Shown here piece after piece: positions 1-11,373 of a stretch of 64,000 bases of DNA (positions are counted from its first letter, which is position 1; every line of letters begins with the position of its first letter). The notes beneath the pieces are model-generated. The model was given only the letters and a program-made list of their open reading frames with translations. It ran no database searches and was not told the origin of the DNA. This DNA is from Stegostoma tigrinum (lineage: Eukaryota): assembly GCF_030684315.1 (NCBI RefSeq), contig NC_081400.1, positions 3,403,795 through 3,467,794 on the forward strand, read 5' to 3'. The translations under genes were made by a program, and so were the position numbers.

Positions 1-694
1 GAAACCAAGCGGAGGCTTGGGGACCGCTTTGCAGAACACCTCCGCTCAGTTCGCAAAAAACAACTGCACCTCCCAGTCGCAAACCATTTCCACTCCCCCT
101 CCCATTCTCTTGATGACATGTCCATCATGGGCCTCCTGCAGTGCCACAATGATGCCACCCGAAGGTTGCAGGAACAGCAACTCATATTCCGCCTGGGAAC
201 CCTGCAGCCATATGGTATCAATGTGGACTTCACCAGTTTCAAAATCTCCCCTTCCCCTACTGCATCCCTAAACCAGCCCAGTTCATCCCCTCCCCCCACT
301 GCACCACACAACCAGCCCAGCTCTTCCCCCCCACCCACTGCATCCCAAAACCAGTCCAACCTGTCTCTGCCTCCCTAACCGGTTCTTCCTCTCACCCATC
401 CCTTCCTCCCACCCCAAGCCGCACCCCCAGCTACCTACTAACCTCATCCCACCTCCTTGACCTGTCCGTCTTCCCTGGACTGACCTATCCCCTCCCTACC
501 TCCCCACCTACACTCTCTCCACCTATCTTCTTTACTGTCCATCTTCGGTCCGCCTCCCCCTCTCTCCCTATTTATTCCAGTTCCCTCCCCCCATCCCCTT
601 CTCTGATGAAGGGTCTAGGCCCGAAACGTCAGCTTTTGTGCTCCTGAGATGCTGCTTGGCCTGCTGTGTTCGTCCAGCCTCACATTTTATTATC
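1..694 (+). mobile_element. Penelope-like retroelement 3' part (GIY-YIG C-terminus plus terminal repeat with hammerhead motif)
   Basis: Frame reads ETKRRLGDRFAEHLRSV..., then LQEQQLIFRLGTLQPYGINVDF. The terminal repeat CTGATGAAGGGTCTAGGCCCGAAACGTC is shared with other insertions. Absent at the paralogous sites 24980 and 57366. Confidence 0.85.
601..632 (+). ncRNA. Minimal hammerhead ribozyme motif in PLE terminal repeat
   Basis: CTGATGA (603-609), stem II GGGTC/GGCCC, GAAAC, then GTC cleavage triplet (628-630). Palindromic ACGT helix III is typical of PLE minimal hammerheads. Stem I is only about 2 bp. Confidence 0.6.
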
Positions 695-1499
695 GGGGAC
701 ATGCTGAGTTGGTGAAAGGTGTTATGCCAATGCAATTTCTCTGACTTGTTCTGACTGAACTGTCGGCAACTCATCAGGCATGACATCATGAAGGACTGAG
801 AGCAGAACTGAAAGTCAGAGTTGGACCTGATAAAGCAATTTTGTTGATTGCTCCTTTTCAACACTGATTTAAGAAGCTATTCATGTTCTTTAATTAATAA
901 GTTTCCATATAGACAATCGTTTGCATTTATATATACCTTGTAATGAAGATATGGAGGGAAATTTACTGGAATGTGAACAGGGATGAAGTGCTTCAGTTTA
1001 AATTTTGCCCTCTCCCACCTTGCTCTTCAAACCGTTTAAGTTCATAACATTTGAAATTTCAATCTGCATCCAGATACACAGATGTTTGATGTGCCCTTTA
1101 ACAAGAGGCTAATAGTTCTCAGAACAGAACAACAGATATGATTTCGCTGAAGAATTTTCAGGGTTTATAAAGACATGTTCTATCAATCAGACACTTCTTT
1201 AAGAATGGAGGAATGTATCAAGATAGGGACAGTTAATGGGGCTGCAGGAGGTGAAAGAAATAGTGAGGCATGCAGGAGCTGGGGGAGGTTACAGAGATAG
1301 GCAGTGACGTATGTGCTGGAGGTAACAGTTTGGGAAGTTTGGAGAGGCTGTATAAGGTTGCAGACAGTGTAAATACCCCCACTACATTAGGTAACAGAGA
1401 TAGGGAGCAATGCAGCAGCTAGAGTATGTTACAGAGATAGTGCAGAGATTCGGGACTGTATGAAGTACAGAGGTAGACTCATGGGTTTTTGCAAACCCG

Positions 1500-2160
1500 A
1501 AGCAGACCCTTTGGCCTATCGTATCCAGTTCCGCTAAATTTATCTCATTCTGGTTGCCAGCAGTTGACCCATATCCCCGTTAAGCCTTCCGATTCATGTG
1601 CACGATCACTGCCACTTTCTTTGGCAGGTCGGTCCACAGAAGCACCACCATCTGTGTGAAAACGTTAAATCTCAGGTCCCTTTTAAATCTTCTGCTCTCA
1701 CGTTGTTAGTATCTCCTACACTGGGAAAATAAGACCTTTACTGTTCATCCTATCCATGCCTCCTATGATTTTATACACTTTTCTCAGATCACCTCTCACC
1801 TCTGACACTCCAGTCAGGAAAGCCCGAGCCTATTCAGCTTCCCCCAACAGCTTAAACCCTCGAAGTGGGACAACATGCTGGTGAATCTCTTCTCAAACAT
1901 TTCGAATAGAACAACATATTTCTCACCGCAGGTAAAACAAAACTGAATGCAGTTTTCTTCAAGTGGCCCAAAAGATGTGCTGTAAAGATGCAAAATGACA
2001 TCCGAGCTCTTGTATTCAATGCAGTGATCAATGAAGGCAAGCATGCCCAGCTCATTCTGCACCATATCGTTTACCTCTGCCTCCACTTTCAAGGAAGTAT
2101 GGACATGAGCATGTGCAACAAGGTTACTTTATTTGTTAACAGTGCCCAAGGCCTCCCATT
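1500..2160 (-). mobile_element. Degenerate CR1-like LINE 3' fragment
   Basis: Minus frame LAFIDHCIEYKSSDVILHLY...LEENCIQFC...KRFTSML resembles the CR1 RT C-terminus. Paralogous at ~25770-26720 and ~58110-60240. Confidence 0.8.
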
Positions 2161-3599
2161 AACTCTGTACAAGTGGTGTCCTGAGTTTATTTGCCCAAAT
2201 GATACACCTAATTGGGGTGTTAAGGCTGAAGAATGTGACAGAGATTGGACAGAATTCCGGGTTGGAGTATGTGACAGAAATAAGAAGGTGTGATAGGTGC
2301 TGGTGATAGTTCAATAGATAGGGAGGGAGAGCAGGGTCAAGCGTTGGTGACAGGAATAAGGAGTGGCATGGACGCTGGAGGATATGAAAGAATTAAGTAG
2401 ATGTGGACGTTTGGAGGAGTTACACAAAAAGGGAGGTGCGTAAGGTCTGACAGAGTTGACAGAGATGGGGGGAGTCTCATGGCTCGAGGAGTTTACAGAG
2501 ATAAGGAGAGTTTTGGGGGCTGGAGAAAGTTACAGAGATAAGGTGGGTTGCAGTGTTGGAGAGATTTCCAGTGGAACGAAAGGTAGAGAAGATAACAGAA
2601 ATAGGGAGACTTTTGGGGCTGGTGGGTCTGACAGAGCTTGGGAACGTTGCAAGTTGTGGAGGGGGTTACAGAAGGAAGGAGGTTGACAGGTCAGGCCGAT
2701 GAATCTATCGCATGAAGATGCACGTGTGTTTGGGATATTATAGCCATTGCAGAGGTATGGCTAAGGAAAGGACAGAATAACAGCTTAATGTGCTGTGGTA
2801 CAGGGACTTTCACCAGGATGGGCGTAAAGGTTATGAGGGAGGGCGAGTTGCAATTTTGATTGAGGGATATATCACAGCAGTAATCAGAGATGAAATCATT
2901 GAGAGATCTTCTCAGTGAATGCTTGTGGGTGGAACAAACAAATATGAAGGGAATGGTGACATTGTTGATGTTGTGCTATAGGCCCCTGAATACCCAACAG
3001 GACTTAAAGGATCAGAAATGCAGGGCAACTGGGGACTTGAAGGAGCAATAAGGTTGTCATCATGGAGCATTTTAATTTTTCTAATGTATACTAGGACTGC
3101 CTTGGATCGGGTAGAATTTCTTATGTGTTTTCAGGTAAGTTTTTTTTTCAAGCAGTATACAGAGTTTCCGACTTCGGAAGGGGGAATCTCGACCTACTTT
3201 TTGGAAGGAGAGCAGGTCAGGTGGCTGAGGTGACAGTGGGGGAGCACATTGAGACCAGTGGCTAGAGATCTATTAATCTTAAAATAGATGTGGAGTAGGA
3301 CAAAACTGGTCCAGATTCACAAGTTCTAACTTGGTAGGCGTAAATGACCACTGGCAAGTGAGGTTTATTTACAAGTGTCAAAGTGTGATCAAGATGTGTT
3401 CCTGAGGGTGACGAGCAAGGTTGCTGAGAGTAGGGAATCCTGGATGACAAGAAGCATTGAGACTTTGACCTGAAAATAGATAGAAGTATGGCTCAGTTAC
3501 AGGCAGCTGGGATCAAGGGAAAACTTGAATGTACAGAGAAGATACAAGATTTTACAGAAGATGGAAATTAGAAGTACGGAAATGGGCATGGAAGTTTAC

Positions 3600-4580
3600 A
3601 GAATTAGGGAAGGTTCTAGGGCTGGCGTTGCTTACAGAGAAAAGGAAAAGTACAGGGACAGGAGCTATTGACTAGTATACAGAGGGGTGCAGGGACTGGA
3701 CAGTTTTACAGGGATATGGAGAGATGTCAATGCTGGAGGAGTTGACAGATGGTGGATGGGGTGGCTGCATGGACTGGCTGAAGTTACTGAGATATGAAGG
3801 AGTGGTTGGTCTGAGTTGTTGATAATGATAGAAAGAGATGCAGGGACTGATGTGGATGACAGAATAGGGAAAGGTGTAGGGGCTAAGTGAGCTAACAGAG
3901 ATAAGGAGAGCTGTCGGGATGGAGGGGGCGCAGTGTTAAAGAGGGATGAAAATGTTGAAGCAAGTTGCAAAGATCATGAGTTGTGTAAATACTGTAAGAT
4001 GTTACAGTGTTAAGGAAGGGAGTTGCAGCAGGAGTTGCCTACAAAGATGGGAAGGGGTGAAGGAAGTGGAGGATGTGGCAGAGATACAGACAGGTCAATG
4101 GATTAGAGTCTCGGGCTGGAAGCAGTTCCAGAGAAAGTGAGTAGCATATTTCTGAGGCGGTTGCACATATATTGAGGCATGTCGGGCCGAGAGGATGGAC
4201 CAGAGCTAGGGAGTGGTATAGGGGCTTGAGGACAGAATAGGGTGGGATGTCGCGAATGTAGGAGGTTATAGAGATAGGGAGCGATGTGTGGGGATGAGGG
4301 GTTACAGGGAGAAGAACATCTTTGGGAGCTGAAGGATACAGTGAGAACAGCAGCATAATTAAAACGCTTCAGGTAGGCAGGAGTGTAAGGAATGAAGGAA
4401 TTGCAGAGTGGAGTCTGGTTTTCAGGAGGTGGCAAAGAGAAGGAAAGATGTATTGACGGGAGATTGTTATGCGTGTCGAGTGTTTGGAAAAAAAGAGAGG
4501 AAGGAAATGGTGCTCTGTTCCACAGAACACCACAGAGGTAGGAAGGAGTGTTGTGGATAGTGGGGATGTCACAGATATTA
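3600..4580 (+). repeat. Degenerate G/A-rich repeat (GGGCTGGAGGAGGTTACAGAGATAGG-like)
   Basis: Recurring ...gctggagga...ttacagagata... units. A longer version is at ~29850-33540 and 63250-64000. Confidence 0.75.
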
Positions 4581-4584
4581 GCAA

Positions 4585-4912
4585 GTTTTGAGAAGATTTG
4601 TAGCTCAGGTTCAGGTTCTGGACGTGAGATTGCTCGCTGAGCTGGAAGGTTAGTTTTCAAACGTTTCATCACCATTCTAGGTAACATCATCAGTGAGCCT
4701 CTGACGAAGCGCTGGTATTATGTCCCGCTTTCTATTTATCTGATTAGGCTGCCTTGGGTTGGTGATGTCATTTCCTACGTTGGTGATGTCATTTCCTGTT
4801 CTTTTTCTCAGGGAATGGTAGATTGGCTCCAAATCAATGTGTTTGTTGATGGAGTTCCGTTTGGAATGCCATGCTTCTAGGAATTCTCGTGCGTGTCTCT
4901 GTTTGGCTTCTA
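4585..4912 (-). mobile_element. Second PLE family, 3' end with hammerhead motif (unit A only)
   Basis: Minus frame AKQRHAREFLEAWHSKRNSINKHIDLEPIY resembles a GIY-YIG C-terminus. Minus-strand CTGATGA-TGTTACC...GGTGAT-GAAACGTT at ~4657-4697. Confidence 0.75.
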
Positions 4913-6658
4913 GGACAAGTGATATTGTGGGATATAGAGACTGGAGGAGGTTACAATGATAGAGCTGGATGATTGAAAGCTGGTGTGAGATCTGGCGTGG
5001 TCCTGGCGTGTGTGGCAGCAGGAGTGAAATGGAGAATGAAAGACTGCAGAAGATAAACAGCAGGAAACCAGTTCGATTATTTTGAGTGGCTCATGGCCCT
5101 GTTGGTGGTAATGTGTGACATGACTGTGAAGGTGAGCGTTTGATGGAGCCTCCGCATTTTCCTTCCTGCTTGTGGGTGAAGCCACAGCTGCCTGTGTGAT
5201 GTTTTGAAGCTGACAATGATTGTGTGGCTGCTGCAAATCGCTCATTGATCAGGTTTCAGTTCCACTGCCAATATGACACACCCTTCCCCTCCATCTGGAG
5301 TGAGTGACCGCACCACCTGCAGCCCCTTCACAAACAGCCCAAATACAGTGTTACGTCGGTTCTCGGAAGCTAAAATGAGGCACTTGAAACAACACTCAGC
5401 TCCCCGAGGTTGAGGTCAGGAGAGAACGCTGCATTGAGGCACCACACAGATTCAGACTCGGATCCACCTCTCAGACAATGTCAATCATCATTGGACTAGT
5501 TTTTAATTGACTTCTGAAGTGCCTTTCCTGTATCCCAGCTTTCAAACGAACAAGCCTGAAAGAACAAGCGTAGACTCCAAACCAGTGAGAAGAGGCCATT
5601 CAGCCTTCCACCTTTCTCTGACTTTCCCACCATACGACATTCATACGCCACGTCCCTCGATTTACTCAGTGTGCAAAATTCGACACTGCATAGTCTTCCA
5701 TAGACATAGAGAATGCTACAGATTCACCAACCTCTGAGACGCAAAACCTTTTTTCATGTCAGTACAAAATCCCTTGTCCCGATCCGATCCCTTCAAGAAA
5801 TTTCCTATTTTCCTATTTTTAAAAATAAAGTGCACAAATCCACATTTCCCAAATGAAAGTTCATCAACTGAGTCTGAAACAAATGTTAATGTATTCTCTA
5901 TTCCATTTCAGCCTTGCTATTCAACTTCAAAACTTTCTCTTCCATCTTTATTCGCATCTTCAACTGCAGCACTCGTTTCACCACTTCTAAATATTTCTTC
6001 AATGTGGATGAGGGTTTTTACCGCAACCATCCTGACAATCAATGTGTGCCAGATACCGACCAAACTCTGCTTGAAAATAGTTTTCCTCACATGTGCTCTA
6101 AACGTCCTGTCCCTTAAGTTAAATCTGTGCTCCATTGTCAGCATGGACACCTTAGGCTGGAGGGCCTTTTGCTATACTCTCGGCCTTTGTGAGAGTGTGA
6201 CTGTCTGACACAAAGCAAGGACGGAAATTAAAGAGAAATGTATGTTTTCAACAAGGAGTTGGATGTAGTTTTCAGGGCCACAGGGATCAAACGTAATGGT
6301 GGAGGAAGTGGAAACAGGAGACTGAGTTGGAAACAAAAACAGAAGTTTCTGGAAAAGCTCAGCAGGTCTAGCAGCATCTGTGATTTATAATCAGAGCTAA
6401 CACTTCAAGTCCGGTGATCCATCCTCAGAACTGGACTGAGTTTGATGGTCAAACATGATCATCTTGAATGGAAGACCAGGCTCGATGGGCTGAATAGACA
6501 ACGTCTGACACTACTTGCTATGCTCAAATGTACTCAAAGTCCATTTGCACATTAAACTTGCATAAATCTGAAAGATTATTCTGTGGATAACGATGTTTGA
6601 AGCGAGAAATAGATCGGTGAAAACTCGGAGTGTCGATTTGCCTGCTCTCTGCTCCTTC

Positions 6659-6681
6659 ATTTGCATTCCAGTGAATAAATA
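6659..6681 (+). promoter_or_regulatory. IgL V promoter: octamer plus TATA-like box (cluster 1)
   Basis: ATTTGCAT at 6659-6666 in light-chain orientation, and TAAATA at 6676-6681, about 140 nt upstream of the leader ATG. Both motifs are conserved in cluster 2. Confidence 0.9.
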
Positions 6682-6806
6682 GAGCTGGATGACCCTCTAC
6701 AGTTTACCGAGCCTGGGTGCAGAACGGATCCCAGGAGCTGACAACAAACAGTTCGACTGAGGGCAACACCTGGGCAGTTGGCTCTTTTACCACATTCTCC
6801 AAGGAA

Positions 6807-6855
6807 ATGTTTTCCATGGTGCATCTACTGTGGGCCCTGCTGCTCCATGTAACAG
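6807..6855 (+). CDS. IgL leader exon, cluster 1 (MFSMVHLLWALLLHVT-G)
   Basis: Hydrophobic signal peptide followed by a phase-1 donor ACAG|GTCAGA at 6856. Confidence 0.9.
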
Positions 6856-6962
6856 GTCAGAAATTGCTCTGGGATAATGCCTGCCCATTAAACACTGGGC
6901 GATGCTCTTTCACACCCGCTGGCAAAGTCACTCAAAGTGTGTCTGTGTTTCTTTCATTGTAA

Positions 6963-7288
6963 GTACCTTGGCCGTTCCTGTCCTCATTCAGAGTCAAATG
7001 TCTGACCCAGTCTTCGCCGGTCAGACCACCGGGTTGAACTGTGCGATGCAGAACGGGAAAGTGGGCAGCTACTATGTGTACTGGTACCGACAGAAACCCG
7101 GAGAGGCCCCGGTGTGGGTGATCAGGCAGGAGACTGATAATGATATATTCAGAGGGACCGGTTTCACTGACCGTTTCCAACCTTCTCGAGACGCCTACAG
7201 TAACAGTTTCATCCTAACTGTCGGAAACCTGGTCTCCAGTGACTCCGCCGTCTATTACTGTGCTGTGTGGAGTGGCTCAGCTGGTTAT
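6963..7288 (+). CDS. IgL V exon, cluster 1 (type I/NS5/sigma-cart-like); expected splice acceptor is AA, possible pseudogene
   Basis: Open frame with LNC, WYRQKPGEAP, DRFQPSRD and DSAVYYC motifs. Ends exactly at the RSS heptamer. Confidence 0.95.
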
Positions 7289-7316
7289 CACAGTGAGTCA
7301 GGCCAATACACTAACC
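7289..7316 (+). promoter_or_regulatory. V 12-RSS, cluster 1
   Basis: CACAGTG, 12-nt spacer AGTCAGGCCAAT, nonamer ACACTAACC. Confidence 0.95.
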
Positions 7317-7644
7317 CAGTGTGCAGGGCACACTCAAATTGACATCAGCTGAGCAATCACTGGCTGAGGACATGTCAGCACCTCCAAAAACATCCCTCAG
7401 CGCAATTTCTTTTGCAGCCCAGCTGCATTTGAAGTGTTACTGTCAGATCTCCAGAGATGTTAGACTCTGGGTCTAACCCAGCGCCGTCAGCGTTCTCAGA
7501 GACAAGAGAGATTTGGGAATCTCTCTTTCATCTGTGAATCGATCCAGTCCCAGCTCCACTCATTCCCCTGAAAAATGAGAATGTGGAAAACGACAGATTA
7601 CTGACATTTCTTCCCTCTTTTCTTCCCACTCCAACCCTAGGTTA

Positions 7645-7683
7645 GGTTTTAGGCCAGTCCTGCGTTTGTGACGCGCCTCTGTG
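7645..7683 (-). promoter_or_regulatory. J 23-RSS, cluster 1
   Basis: GGTTTTAGG (7645-7653), 23-nt spacer, CTCTGTG (7677-7683). Confidence 0.9.
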
Positions 7684-7721
7684 ATACACCTTCGGAGGTG
7701 GAACTGCCCTGACCGTTCGGA
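7684..7721 (+). CDS. IgL J segment, cluster 1 (YTFGGGTALTVR)
   Basis: FGxG motif followed by donor A|GTAAGT at 7722. Confidence 0.95.
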
Positions 7722-7829
7722 GTAAGTGATCCTCTTTTCTCTTTCTCTGTCATTCATACCAGTTCACCTTTCATCCCTCCAGAGTCGATTCTGCACTCTG
7801 GATTTTGCCAAGTCTCGATTTATCACATT

Positions 7830-8925
7830 TTGCAACAAATCTAACTCATATGCACAAGTCAGAATGTTCCGTCAAAAATTATCTCTCTCACTCTCACAGG
7901 TCAGAATATGATTTATTTTAAAAATTTTCTCACAGATTTGTACAGATTGATATGGTTTATAGTATTTATCATTATCTCGCTCTCTCATGGACACCAACAG
8001 GCCACAGTGTTATAAATCTCAATAATTCTCTGGCAAATGCATGCAGAACAGAGTATTATTCACTTCACACATGTCAGACAGATTATTGTAATGATTTTCT
8101 CTCACTCATACAGGTCAGTGTTCCTTTAATAATTCCATCTCCCTCACAGGCACACGCAGTTCAGAGTGTTATTCATCTTACTTATTCACTCTCTTCCTAT
8201 CCCTCTCTCTCAAACACACAGGTCAGAGTCATGTGACTAGTTCTCTCTCTCCCGCACACAGGCCAGTGTGTTTTATATATATATTAGTAATTCTCTTTCT
8301 CCATGTCCCTCTCTCTCACACACAGGACAGCGTGTTATTTGTATTCATAATTCTCTCTCACAAGACATACACAGGTCAGACATTATATCAATAATCCTCC
8401 ACACATCGAGGCCAATGTTACATTTATAATTCTTTCTCGCACAAACTCACAAAAGTCATAGATTACCACAATAACTCCCTCCCATACACAGATCAGAGTG
8501 TTATTTACATTAATAATTCTCTCTCAAAAACAGGCAAAGATCAGATAGATGATATCAATAATTCTTTCCCACATACACATGTCAGGGCTCATTGAATTAT
8601 TTAGTCTCGAACATTGATTGGTACCTGATAAATTAATTCTCCCTCACAAACTCTCACAGGCAATTTTATATTTATAATTCGCCCTCTCCCTAACACACAG
8701 ATAGGTCAGCAAATTATTTACTTTAACAATTCTGTCCGTCACAAACACACTGGTGAAAGATTATGACAATAATTCTCTCATAGACACACTCATCAGTTTT
8801 TCATTGATAATTCTCTCTCACACAAAGACACACAGGTCTGACTGTTAATTGTACAAATAATTTTCTCGCTCCCTCCATCTGCCTGTCTTCCTCTCTCTTA
8901 AAAACACACACACACATACTCATAC

Positions 8926-8987
<62 letters not shown>

Positions 8988-10100
8988 ACAGTACAACGCA
9001 CACACAGATGCACACACACGTAAACAAACACACTCACGTCAGTGTGTTCTATACATTAATAATTGTCCCACAATCAAACACAATCAGCTACCAGATTGTA
9101 TCAATAATTCTTGCTCACATACAGGTCGGTGTGGCATTGATAATTCTCGCTCACACACAAAGAAGCACAGAGGTCGAAAATTAAAGAGATAATTCTTTCT
9201 GACGGACGCTGATCAAAGTTACATTTATAATTCTCTCTCTCACAAAGGTGCACAGGTCAGAGATTGTAAGAATTATTCCTTGTGTTTCTCTTTCTATTTC
9301 CCTATGTTACTCTCTCCCTCTCACAGATTCGCACACAAACTCACATGCACACACTCGCAAGTCAGAGTGTAATTCATGTTCGTCATTCTTTCTCTCTCCC
9401 CCTCTTTCACTCCCTCTCAGACGCTCACAGATCAGTATTTACATCAATGATTCTGTCTCACACAAGTCAGACAGGTCATCTTTCTATTTCTCTCACACAC
9501 AGGTCAGCGTATAACATATATTAAAAATTATCTCTGACACCGGCCAGCGTGTTATATACAATATAAAAAATTGTCTTTCACACGCAGGTCAGATTGAAAT
9601 ACCAATGAATCTTGCGCTCTCTATTTCACAGGCCAAGTGTGACATTAATCATCGTATCTCACACAAAGTCTCAACAGTCGGAATGTAATTTATGTCAATA
9701 AATCGGTGTCTCTAATACAAACATAGCCACACACCCAGAAACACACAAACACAGGCACACACTTCAATGTTTAATATATGATAATAATTCTGTCACTCAC
9801 AAGCACAAACAGGTCAGACATTCTATCAATAATTCTCTCTCACAAACATGTCAGTGTTACATCGTCAATTCTATCTCACACACACAAGCACGGAGCTCAA
9901 AACTTAAACTACTAACATTTTTTCTGACACACACTGGCCAATGTTACATTAATAATTCTCTCTCTCATAAAGTCACAAAGCCAGAGATTGTCACAATAAT
10001 TCTCTCCGCCTCTATCTCTCTGTCTCTGCCTCTCTCCCTTTATCTCTCTCTCTCTCACACACACACACAATCACACACCAACACACGCACACATGCACAA

Positions 10101-10131
<31 letters not shown>

Positions 10132-11330
10132 GACACAGACACAGACCTACACACTCGCATGTCAGTGCTATAATAACGCTTCTCTCACAAAAACACACAG
10201 ATCAACATTTTTCACTCATTCATATTTCTCTCTCAGACAGTCTCTCTCACTCACATACAAAAGACGACACAGTTTGTAACTTAAATCGGTAATCCTCTGT
10301 CTCACACACAGGTCAGAAGTATTTTAATTCTTTGTCTCCCTGCCTTCCTCTCTCTCTATCTCTCTCTCTCTCTCTCACTTCCCTTCACACTGAAACTTCA
10401 GTGTGCCTGATAAATATTACTCACCCTCTCACTTTCACATATACATGCAACACAACAGAGATTAAAACAGTAATATTCCCTCATGCACGCGTGTTAGGTA
10501 AATTATATCTATACTTCTGTCACAGACAATGCTTTTGTTTTGTCAATAATTCTCTGTCTCACTCAAATACAGCAGTTAGATTGTCATCCTTGTCAGTAAT
10601 TCTCTCTCTATTCTTTCACGGGAGGAGGGCTTCGCTGGCGAGGCAGCAATTACTGCCGATCACTAATTGCCCAGCGGAGAGTTAAGAGCCAACCACATTA
10701 CTGTGGTCTGGAGTCACATGTAGGCCAGATCACATGTAGGCCGTGGTGGGATTCGAACCTGGTTCTCCAGAACTTTATCCTGGTCTTTGGATTAACAGCT
10801 CAGTCACAAAGCATTAGGCCATTACATCCCCAAATATTCATGCACAAACGCACAGATCAGAGATTGCATCAATAATGCTTTCTCAAACACACAAGTCAGA
10901 TAGTTGATCTCAACATTTCATTCACACACTGGCCACATTGTTCTATATCTGAATAATTCTCTGTCACACGCAGGTCAGGCAGTTGAATTTATTTCTCCCA
11001 CACTGTCTTTTTCACGCTCTCACACACTTACACACGTGGACACCACACACTGTCACGCAAACACACAAACCCATGCAAATGTCACAGAGCTGTATAAATA
11101 CTTCACTCACTCACTCACTGTGACAGACACTGACAGGTCAGAGTGTTATAGAAACTAATAATTCTCACATACATAGGCCACGTAGAAAGCCACACTCAAA
11201 CATATATGTAAATATTGTTCTCTCTTACATGCAGGTCAGATAGTTACATTGACACATTTCTACCTTTCTGAGTCTTCTATCTATTAGTAATTCTCCATCA
11301 CGCACACAGGTGAGAATGTTTCTCTTCATA
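7830..11330 (+). repeat. J-C intron degenerate minisatellite (AATAATTCTCTCTCACACACAGGTCAGA-like) with CA/CT microsatellites
   Basis: Many degenerate units. (CA)n tracts at ~8903-9035 and ~10058-10145. Confidence 0.85.
10611..10834 (-). mobile_element. tRNA-derived SINE in J-C intron (unit A only)
   Basis: B-box reverse complement GGGATTCGAACC at ~10748-10759. Absent in unit B near 39500. Related degenerate copies on + at ~24400-24750 and ~56800-57130. Confidence 0.7.
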
Positions 11331-11373
11331 CATCCCATCATTTCTCTACCTCTCTCTCTTTCCCCACACACAG

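Noticed and set aside
7289-7683. Germline-joined VJ, D segment, or T-cell receptor identity
   Set aside because: V and J are separate with a direct 12/23 pair and no D. The single C exon ends in Cys-stop with no transmembrane exon, and there is an octamer promoter, all indicating Ig light chain.
11073-11080. ATGCAAAT octamer as an intronic enhancer
   Set aside because: Not present at the homologous position in cluster 2.
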